From Eukaryota sp. GEM-RC1 (taxonomy: Eukaryota), in NCBI GenBank assembly GCA_040285855.1, contig JAUFOQ010000005.1, forward strand, positions 1,984,001-2,048,000: a stretch of 64,000 nucleotides of DNA, given 5' to 3'. The notes below the pieces were generated by a model. It saw nothing but the letters and a program-made list of their open reading frames with translations. It ran no database searches and had not been told where the DNA came from. The translations under genes were made by a program, and so were the position numbers. Below, piece after piece: positions 13,220 to 22,423 of this stretch. Every line of letters begins with the position of its first letter. Positions within the stretch are counted from its first letter, which is position 1.

Positions 13220-13500
13220 CCCACACTGGCATTTGAAATTATGAGGATGAATATAAGGCCACATAAATGGCCGTAAACTCATGTCCAATGATCAAGAGTT
13301 ATCATCAAGAAAAAGACCGTAAACTTGAGGGATTTGAGTAATCAGACATGAAGCAAAACTATTAGAAACATCCATTAAGAAATTTGCAAAAGTGCGATTT
13401 TTTCCTTGGTCATGTCAAGTCGATCGTTATAATACAAGCTTTCAAAAATGTTCTTTAGTTTTTGTTGTAATTTTGCAGACAAAACTGAAGATTAGTCAAA
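13220..13500 (-). mobile_element. Degenerate CRE-like non-LTR relic (copies at ~25290-25620 and ~45690-46020)
   Basis: The copies translate to KEKNPAFANFLMDVSNSFASCLITQIPQVYGLFLDD, homologous to 30700-30900 (INQIPQIYGLLLND). Confidence 0.7.
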
Positions 13501-14162
13501 CATCTTACATGTATTTCAGACACAGATTCTGGGAAACATTGAGATCAAACGTTAAAAGGTATTTTGATCAACGCTTCGTTTAAGTCAAATAAATTTTTAC
13601 CTGAATTGGGGTTAATACGTGAAATATCACTAGGAAATCGATTAAACAAATTCAAAACAAAAATTTTCCGAACCCTAAAAAACTCAGATTTGCAACGTAT
13701 TGACGAGTATGTATTTTGAACATACTTGAACAATTATTCATTACTTGCACAAAGTTATTTGCTCTTTGAGACGAAATTTTGTCATTTTTAGTTGAAAGGC
13801 ATGGATGTGAAAACACACACAATTAAACCGTCTAACGCAAACACACCGTGTGCCAAAATTGTAAACCGTGTGACACACACGGCCCCCGTGTGGCCGTGTG
13901 TTGAGTACCATACTATTTTTGTTTCCAAATTATAGTTCATTGGTTAAGTATTATAGTTGAGCACTAAACAATACCAAGGAGGTTTCCTACCGGGAATACA
14001 TACAAAACATATGAACTTGAAATGTTTAAAAGAATGACTGACCGATGATAAAACAATTTTGGAGTGTATAGACAATAAGAATTACTCATTTCAATCAGTG
14101 TACAAAGAACCTACTTTCTGTTCATGAATGCTGATGACTATGCTGTCGTCATTGTATGACTT

Positions 14163-14253
14163 TGTTAGCCACAGGTGTTAGTGAAGTGTTACTAGTACGT
14201 ATAATTTGATTTATAAACACCCTTTACCTTCCCCTTTGCACCTTTAGGTATTA
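14163..14253 (+). repeat. 5' LTR (91 bp, TG...TA)
   Basis: Identical to 20873-20963. Confidence 0.95.
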
Positions 14254-14268
14254 ATAATTATTATCCTC

Positions 14269-16900
14269 ATGGTAAAAAAGAGGAATCTTACTACAGCTGC
14301 TCCTAAGAAAGGAGTTACTAACCGCAGACAGCCAAGTAGGTCTGTCAAAAGACCAGAGTATCGAAGAGCTCTACCACCCCGATCGAAGTGCCTACTGAAT
14401 CCTCAGTAGATGAAGAGGACTTTGTGTCCGAACTCTCCTCACCCGAGAGTCTCTCCTCACACGAGAGCCCATCTTCAAACGTTGATGGAAGTTCCTTGGC
14501 TTCTTCGGAAGCCGGCGAAACGACTGGTATAAGTCCCTTGGGCTCTTCGGAGTCTGGCGGCAACCCTGGTCCTTTGGAGTCATCCATTGGACCAGAACAG
14601 GAAGATCCTCTTGGAATCAAGAAGGTTCTGGAGAAATACGGAGTCCCCGTTATCTCTTCAGATACCACTAGTACTCCGGGTGACAATGTTGTGGGTAATG
14701 CTACTTCGTCTGTAGTTCCACCAACATCATTGCCCTCTCATCGTGTTTCTGATTCTTCCTTGTTAGTTAGTAGTTTATTAAATAAAGATAACGTTGATCC
14801 TTCAGTTCCTCTGTCTAGAGAGGTTGAAGAGAGCCTTAGGCAACTTCAAACAGTCCTAGCTCAGCATAAGACCAGGGCAGAAGAAGCAAAACGACAGTTT
14901 CTGGAGCAACAGCAAAAAACAGCCAATCTTTCCATGACTGAGAGAGCTCTAGCTGTAGAACAACAAACCGGTTATGTGTCTAGACCTCATAGAGATGCAG
15001 TTCCCAACGATCTCATCCCGTTTGTAAGTCCGTACGATCAGAGTGTCTCCATCTCTGACTACGACTTGTGGCATCTTGCCAAATTTGCTCCCTGGCATCC
15101 CACTTTGCGTCATAGAATGCCTGCTGGAAGACATTACTTGCTGAAAAATGTTCCTCCTGGCACGTCTCCTCAAGCCATAAAACAGTTTTTGGGTGACTTA
15201 TATGATAGTAGAGCTGGTGATACTTATAGGTTTCCTTCCACCTACTCTTGGGATCCTAGACATGGTATCATCATTGAACCTTTAGTCCAGATATTCAGTG
15301 CTGATGGTCAGTCAGTTTCATATGAATACTCCGCCTGGTACTTACATTCGTTGAACAATAAACGCAAGTTATATCACAACGTTTCTGTAAGTACCGAATG
15401 GCTCCCTACTGGTCATCAGTATAGTCATTTACCTGCGGCGACAAGAGTTCTGGATAGTTTGTCAACTTCACCACAAGATGTTGACTCTGTCCCTGTTCAA
15501 CCTTTTTCTGGAATTGGTGGTTCCCAATTGGTACTCCCATTAGCTTCTCAAGCTATGTGTGAAAAAGCTACATTTGCTCCGAACCTTTCTGATTTAAATG
15601 GCTTAGATAGTGTTCAAAGATTCTTCCCTGGTGAAGTTTACAGACCTGAGCAGGTTGATAGATTTACACACTGTCTTAGAGATGGTATCTCTACCCAAAA
15701 TTTTGAAGCTCAATTTGGTGGTGAAGAAAGATTCATCAGCTTAGAAGAACATGAAAGTGTTTATCGTAAGTCAGAAGGCTTTGCTAAAGGTTGTGATGAA
15801 TCTATGTCCATGGCTCTCTCCTCAGAACAGCTTGCTCAAAATAGAAAAAATCATGTTGCTCACATGACCAGAAGTAGAAAAACTCCTAAACGATCAAATT
15901 CGATCGAGATAAGTGATCTGACTTCTCAATCAAAATCACCTTTGGCAGAACTTTCTGATGTCACTGACTCTATGTCTGAAGATAGCTCATCTGAAGACGA
16001 AGAACCGAACGTTTTGGCTGATACTCCCATCATTTTGTCTGGTGTCCCTCAAAGAAAAGATCGAACAAAGAAAAAGTCCATTTCAAAGAAATCAAGACCC
16101 AGCTGCCTCAAATCCGAGAGTCGCGAGGACATAATTAAGTTCATCCATGAATTTAGTTATTGGGCAATTCATGTCCGGAAACAATCAAATCGTAAAGACT
16201 TTGACACTCGTTTAGGTATCGCTCCAATCAATAAATTTGATCTCGTAAGACTCACTTTGTTAGAGATTGATCCTACTGGTGTTTCCGAATTCATTGATCG
16301 TCAATTGCTGAGTGACTGGAAGCTTCTAAATGTTCCAGGTCCAGATTCAAACATAACTGAAAAAGACCTTTGGTTCAGATTGGTTCTCCTGAGCCAATAC
16401 ACTTCTACTACTCAAGCTATGGGTGATCTGAAGAATCTTAGACTTAGTCAATCTAATGATCCATCCACTGTAATGAATCGGTACCTAAAGCTTGTTATCA
16501 ACATTTTAAAATGTTCGACAGCCATTTCCCTAGGTACTGGTAGAACTTTTCTCCCAGCTAGCATCTCAGCCGACTTAGTGTTATGTACACTCAATCCTCA
16601 GAAAGAAATTGCTGCTCTAAACGATCTCCAAGTTAAGTGGGAACACACTTTAAAGAACAATGAACATTTGCTTCCTGAATTTTTGAGTGAAGTAAAGACA
16701 GCTTGGATCGATTACAAGCGTTCGATGCCAACGACATCGTTTTCAAACTCTCAAAGAAGGTCTCGTGACCATTCCCGTGGAAATTCTCGTTTTCCTAGAA
16801 AGTCCTTCAACCAGAGGTACTCTAAACCCTCTGATGGTAAGTCCACTGACGTAGAATGTTTCAAATGTGGCAAAAAGGCCATTATGCTCCTGATTGTCGT
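14269..16900 (+). CDS. gag: Long Gag with C-terminal CCHC zinc knuckle
   Basis: ATG 14269 (MVKKRNLTT...) joins ORF 14388 via a 1-nt shift at an A-run (~14347). CFKCGK-KGHYAPDC is split between frames at an A5 run (~16872). Confidence 0.8.
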
Positions 16901-19900
16901 AAATCTCAGGATAATGCAAAGTCCAATAAGCGTAGGTCTGGTGATAGTCGTCCTGATAGTCGTTCTCGTAGTTTTAAAAATCATAAATCTCCTAGATACA
17001 TTTTCAAAATTGATAATGCACAACATAATTCAAACAAAAACACTACACCACTCAAATACACTAACCCTTTGGCTACTTTGATCACACAATCAAGTACGGG
17101 TAAAAGTGTTTCATCAGTTGAAACAATTCGTAGTCTCAACCAGAACCTAGGGTTCGAATCTAAAGGTAACGGTCCTTTATGTATTCGATTGTTAATCAAC
17201 AATGTACCAGTAGTAGGAGAATTTGACTCAGCAGCATCTTGTTCAGTCATTTCTCAAGATTTGATACGCTACTGTGAGATGACAACTACTGATAGTTGTA
17301 TTGAATACATCTCAGCGAATAATATTCGTGCTACTTCCTTAGGTAGTGCAATTGGTGTTCTGACGTTCAACGTCGGCAGCTTGGCCAACCAGATTCATGT
17401 TAAGCATACTCTACCTGTAGTTCCTGGAACGAAAATTCTCCTCATTGGTAGAGATTTGCAAGAAGAACTGGGGTTGCTTTCGGATGATGGTCTAGTCATC
17501 AGATTAGATAAAGAACATCGCACTATTCTCAATGCAGAGAGTGAATTTGATAAGAGAATGAGGTCTCCATCAATTTCGATTAATAGAGTTCAATCAAAAT
17601 GTTCAATAAATCAACATTCAACACATTTTCCTATTGATCAGTACGGTAACACTCAATTAGATATAAATCTGTTTGAAGAAACCATTGACAACTCTGGTTG
17701 CACGATAGAATTGGATGATCCTACAAGAAGAACGGAGCTTCTGAGCCTACTCAGTAAATACAAACAAGTCTTTTCAGAAGACATACATCCTGATGGTATT
17801 GATTGTCCACCCATGACAATTCCATTTTATGATGAATCTGTCACTGTATTTCGTCCTCCTAGAAGGCTTAACCCTGAAAAACAGCGTATAGCCGAAGAAA
17901 TTTTTAATGAACTTATACGACAAGGATGGGCCGTACCATCAACTGGTAAGTTCAGTAGTCCCATAGTCTTGGTGGTATATAATGATCACCGTAAGCCTCG
18001 TTTAACTGGAGATTTCAGTGGACCTGATGGGATTAATGCTAATACCAGACCGGTGAAACCAAATTTACCTCGGATCTGTGATGTTCTAGAGTTCCTTTCG
18101 AAAGCTAATTTCATTGGAACACTTGACCTTCCTAAAGCATTCTGGCAGCTAAATGTAGCTGAAGAAGATGTCGAGAAGACCAGTGTGTCTATACCTGGAA
18201 TGTCAATTAGCTTTAAACGAGCATGTTTTGGATTGAAAAACGTACCAGCAATCTTTCAAAACATCATGATGGAAATTTTCCATGTCGAAGGTGTTTTCAT
18301 TTATATTGATGATATAATTGTTGTAGGCAATACCTTTGAAGAGTTTATTTCAAGAATGAATCTAGTACTGGAACGAGCAGAACGTTTTAGAGTACGGATT
18401 GGATTGAAGAAGTGTAGGTTCACCACTTCTAGACATCCTAATAAGATTCTGGGCAGCAACTTTTGTAATAAAACCCGTTGCATAGATGATAAAAGAGTTT
18501 CGGCGTTGATTGAGTTACCTGCTCCTTCAACTTTACCTGAAGTTAGAAGTTTACTTGGTGCTTTGAATTATGTTCGTGAATGGATTCCGAATTATTCGAA
18601 CTTGACTGCATCAATCAATGAACTGACTCGTGGTAAACCCAAGAGAATTGCTTGGACAAAAGACCATGATGCTTTATTAGACAAAATTAAAACTGAAATA
18701 ATAAACCATATGGCTTTAGACTTACCTGATACTGATAAGAACATTATCATATCCACAGATGCATCCGACATTGCTGTTGGTGGTGTGATCTGGCAGGAAG
18801 AAAATCCTCCAGCTCCTCCAGGTACTCCGTTAGAAGAACGTAGAGTTAGACCTGTATCGTTTTATAGCCGTTTACTCAATGATAGTCAACAGAATTGGGC
18901 AGCTATCCAGAAAGAGCTGTATGCCATTCTCTTGATTCTGACCGAATCTAGTTTAGAAGGTTTCCTATTAAGTAGGCATTTGACGATCTTTACAGATCAT
19001 AGGAACCTTGCTTATCTGATTTCAGCTCCAGAGAAGAATCGTATTGTCAAACGATGGATTCCAATTCTCTCGGAGTTTGATTTTGAGATAGAGCATATAG
19101 CTGGTACAAACAATCAATGGGCTGACATGTTATCACGTGTCATTGACCGTCGCCCAGTTGAAACAATCAAATCTCTGTTGATCTCAAATCATACCATCAG
19201 AAATGATATAATTCTTTCTCACGAAGGGTTAATCTATGATGAAGCTGATTACGTTGAGATGCTTCCTTGTAACACCAACATACTAGCTATCAAGAGTCTA
19301 CAAGACCTCTCATCATACAATAAATTGCCTTTATTTGATTCTTGGTTATCAACCATTCGAGCTGAACAACATAAAGCTATCAATGAAGGAGATCAACTGT
19401 TTCAGGATTCAACACTGTGTACTATGAGCAATGTATACATCAACTCCAAGAACAAGATTTTGATTCCATCTAGTTTGAGAACGAAAGTTCTTTACATGCT
19501 ACATGGATTAGTCCAGTCAGGACATCCAAACAAGAAACGAAGTTTGGAAATATTGTTCAATAGTGGTTACTTTTGGCCAAGTATGAAAGCTGACATGGTC
19601 AAACATGTTATGCAATGCCCTGCGTGTCAGAAAACGGCACCTGTCCCTAAAAAGATAATTGAATCGACGGGTTCTCTATGGGCTGATAGACCTTTTGCTA
19701 GACTTAATGTCGACACAATTGGTCCACTTCCAAAAGATCAAAATGGAAACCAATTCCTATTGGTGTTTGTAGATTCTTTCACCAGATACACCATTTTGAG
19801 CCCCCTCGAAGAACTTAACAGTAGAGAAGTAGCATATCGTCTTGTGTGGGATGTGATTGCTATCTTTGGAATACCGTTTTGTATCCATAGTGATAATGGT

Positions 19901-20872
19901 ACCGAGTTTGCCAATGCTATTTTCGAGGCAATATGTAACCTACTGGCGATTGAAGTAAGTCGTTCGATTCCTCATTTCTCCCAGAGTAATGGACTGGTGG
20001 AACGACGTCACAGAGACGTTCTGCAAAGCCTACGTCGTCTTCTTGTGGACTTCAATGATTATGACAATTGGTCAACGTACATTCCAACTGTACAATTGCA
20101 AATCAACGCAACGAATAGTTCTGTGACTGGGCACTCACCTTATGAATTGATGTTTGGTAGTGACATAAGTCCTGGTGCAGATCCTAGTAATTTACTAGCT
20201 GCTGTTGAGAAATCAACAAAGAATGTTCCGTTTATTAACGACATTAAAATGAAACTGGATCGTCTTACTAAAAAGAGAGAAGAGGCAGAGGTTCGTCAAT
20301 CAAGACTCAAGCCAAAGAAGAAGTCTGGCCCCAGTCAATCATTCAATGTTGGAGACCTTGTTTTAAAAGCATCCAAAACTAGTAAGCTTCATGGTAATTA
20401 CACTGGACCTTATTTAGTTGTCTCAATTGATTCGAAATCGTCAGTTTCCTTAAAGAATCTGATCACTGGATATGTTAGTAAGACTAGCATTCATCAATGT
20501 AAGATCTTTCAATCAGATCTACCTGCTGATCATGATCTCCACAGAGCAATTGCTTCTGGGGATTCTGAAGAACACATCGTGGTTAAGATCCTAGATAGGT
20601 TCAATACACCCGATGGTGAACATTGTACTGTACCTTGGTTTGGTGGTGATACTTCATCAGTTCCCACCAAGGACATCAAGAACACCAAGGCGTATAGTGA
20701 ATTTGTAAAATTAGAAAATGTAGATTTATTTTGTAATAGTAGAAACGTAGCTAAGAGTAAACCCACTAAGCTTAAACGTACCTCAAGTAGTATGAGTATT
20801 CCAAAGTCATCGTCTGTAGTTAAGACACCTGTAGCTAAGAGGACAAGGAGCTCAAGAAGAGAGAAGAGGTAA
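16856..20872 (+). CDS. pol: Pol: aspartic protease, RT, RNase H, integrase, GPY motif, chromodomain-like C-terminus
   Basis: FDSAAS; LDLPKAFWQ...FGLKNVP...YIDD; TDAS/ELYAI/TDHRNL/ADMLSR; H-x6-H...CPAC, DTIG, SDNG, VERRH; GNYTGPY; EEHIVVKILD...VPWFG. Confidence 0.95.
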   Translation: MFQMWQKGHYAPDCRKSQDNAKSNKRRSGDSRPDSRSRSFKNHKSPRYIFKIDNAQHNSNKNTTPLKYTNPLATLITQSSTGKSVSSVETIRSLNQNLGFESKGNGPLCIRLLINNVPVVGEFDSAASCSVISQDLIRYCEMTTTDSCIEYISANNIRATSLGSAIGVLTFNVGSLANQIHVKHTLPVVPGTKILLIGRDLQEELGLLSDDGLVIRLDKEHRTILNAESEFDKRMRSPSISINRVQSKCSINQHSTHFPIDQYGNTQLDINLFEETIDNSGCTIELDDPTRRTELLSLLSKYKQVFSEDIHPDGIDCPPMTIPFYDESVTVFRPPRRLNPEKQRIAEEIFNELIRQGWAVPSTGKFSSPIVLVVYNDHRKPRLTGDFSGPDGINANTRPVKPNLPRICDVLEFLSKANFIGTLDLPKAFWQLNVAEEDVEKTSVSIPGMSISFKRACFGLKNVPAIFQNIMMEIFHVEGVFIYIDDIIVVGNTFEEFISRMNLVLERAERFRVRIGLKKCRFTTSRHPNKILGSNFCNKTRCIDDKRVSALIELPAPSTLPEVRSLLGALNYVREWIPNYSNLTASINELTRGKPKRIAWTKDHDALLDKIKTEIINHMALDLPDTDKNIIISTDASDIAVGGVIWQEENPPAPPGTPLEERRVRPVSFYSRLLNDSQQNWAAIQKELYAILLILTESSLEGFLLSRHLTIFTDHRNLAYLISAPEKNRIVKRWIPILSEFDFEIEHIAGTNNQWADMLSRVIDRRPVETIKSLLISNHTIRNDIILSHEGLIYDEADYVEMLPCNTNILAIKSLQDLSSYNKLPLFDSWLSTIRAEQHKAINEGDQLFQDSTLCTMSNVYINSKNKILIPSSLRTKVLYMLHGLVQSGHPNKKRSLEILFNSGYFWPSMKADMVKHVMQCPACQKTAPVPKKIIESTGSLWADRPFARLNVDTIGPLPKDQNGNQFLLVFVDSFTRYTILSPLEELNSREVAYRLVWDVIAIFGIPFCIHSDNGTEFANAIFEAICNLLAIEVSRSIPHFSQSNGLVERRHRDVLQSLRRLLVDFNDYDNWSTYIPTVQLQINATNSSVTGHSPYELMFGSDISPGADPSNLLAAVEKSTKNVPFINDIKMKLDRLTKKREEAEVRQSRLKPKKKSGPSQSFNVGDLVLKASKTSKLHGNYTGPYLVVSIDSKSSVSLKNLITGYVSKTSIHQCKIFQSDLPADHDLHRAIASGDSEEHIVVKILDRFNTPDGEHCTVPWFGGDTSSVPTKDIKNTKAYSEFVKLENVDLFCNSRNVAKSKPTKLKRTSSSMSIPKSSSVVKTPVAKRTRSSRREKR

Positions 20873-20963
20873 TGTTAGCCACAGGTGTTAGTGAAGTGTT
20901 ACTAGTACGTATAATTTGATTTATAAACACCCTTTACCTTCCCCTTTGCACCTTTAGGTATTA
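20873..20963 (+). repeat. 3' LTR (91 bp)
   Basis: Identical to the 5' LTR; directly follows the PPT AAGAAGAGAGAAGAGG and the pol stop codon TAA. Confidence 0.95.
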
Positions 20964-21048
20964 ACTTCGGATACCGATATCTGTCTCTGTTTAGAGACTG
21001 CTTCTTTTGCGAGTTCAGGGCATTCTTTTAAAATAGTAATACTAATAA

Positions 21049-21131
21049 TGATACCGTTTGGCTACAAAGGGTAGGGATAAAATGTGTAAAAATAGAGTAA
21101 TATGAGCTTGTAACACTTCACTAACACCTGT
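21049..21131 (-). mobile_element. Older related LTR relic lacking the first ~8 bp (copies 26328-26410, 46723-46805)
   Basis: Reverse complement reads ACAGGTGTTAGTGAAGTGTTAC...GGTATCA; the first 22 nt are identical to the young LTR. Confidence 0.8.
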
Positions 21132-22423
21132 CTCTTTCAATAATAATTTATTGGATCACAATTCGATTGCAAGAATTTAACTCTAAAGATTGATATTGGG
21201 CCTCTGTATGATCAATGTACTCTAGTTTAGAGACAGAACACAATTCCAGAATGATTCATCAATATACACTTGACGATTTAAGAAAGTGAGCACGGTAGCA
21301 TCCTTCACTAAGTGTGGTTGCGGATCAAGTAAATTAGCTGATTTCTAACACATCAATCAATGCAAATTCTTCCTCATTTATGTCAATGTAATCTCGTAAA
21401 TATATCTGAGTCATATTGAAATTATCCTTCAACAATTCAATCAATGCATGCATTTTCACCAACGTATGTGTCACTATTCTATTTGTTTTTTTTGGTATTT
21501 TGGTATGTTTTTTGTCACGTCACAGTGTTGTACGTTTTAAATATTGTTCAAACACCTTCATGTAAAAGTGCACCGTACCGGACTATTTTCTGAAATAATG
21601 AGTGACGTGTCTACATCTTGGCATTTGCAAAATAAAGACAGTCAGAATTGACGTGCAATTTTGCAACATAAACACATCTGCGATTTGCAAGCCTCATCAG
21701 TTATGTCTGCTTTTAGTATGTGATTAGTTTTCACTTAATTACCAATCATTCTGAGATTCACTTGTAATGATAATTCTAAGAATGTAAATCCTATGGTACA
21801 ATTAAGCCTTGCAATTCTGACTGAAAGGTGCTCCATGCAGCATTCCTTTAGTAGGGAAGGCGGACTGCAGTTTGTGATTTTTCAACTTTAATTTTTAAAA
21901 ACAAAACAGCTATAAACTGTACTTGCAACAATAGACAGATACACACTAATAAATTCTCTAAATTTCAAATTTTCAATTAAAAGTATAAGAGTAATGGAGT
22001 TATCTTCTAAATTAATCTGAGTAACTGTGAAATTAACTGTCAACGATTCAGACATTGTCACGAGTCCTTCATCCCAACAGAGTTCAATTTGAAATCAATC
22101 TGAGTAGTTGTTCGATCTACTTGCAATTTTGGCACATTATAATGGTTTATTATATAGATATTCTTGATGTGACACGTCATCAAAAAGAACAGTCTATTAC
22201 AATGAAGTCGATCAATGATATACACTAGCATGTATTTTAAACACAACAACACCTCGATTTGATGACAAGTATCAGGATGTCTGCGAGAATGATTCATGAT
22301 AGAAGCAATAGATTCACTGCCAATACTACTCTTCTACTGACTGGAGAGTCCGGATGGTCCTTGGTTGAACTGCACATTTGTTCAAGTTGGTCAGAATACA
22401 GAATGCACTTCTTCGCACATCAA

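Larger units (their letters stand above)
14163..20963 (+). mobile_element. Complete young Ty3/Gypsy (chromovirus-like) LTR retrotransposon, 6801 bp
   Basis: Identical 91-bp LTRs; TSD ACTT at 14159-14162 and 20964-20967; empty site GTATGACTTCGGATACC at ~26237 and ~46633; domain order gag-PR-RT-RH-IN; PPT before the 3' LTR. Confidence 0.97.
12505..22423. repeat. Segmental-duplication spacer, copy A (interrupted by the Gypsy element)
   Basis: 12505-14162 plus 20968-22423 aligns by eye with 24596-27864 and 45121-48271. Confidence 0.9.

Noticed and set aside
16860..16890. Programmed -1 gag-pol frameshift
   Set aside because: The shift splits the CCHC knuckle, C-AAA-AAG is not a canonical X-XXY-YYZ heptamer, and similar homopolymer shifts occur in dynein. 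An error is more likely.
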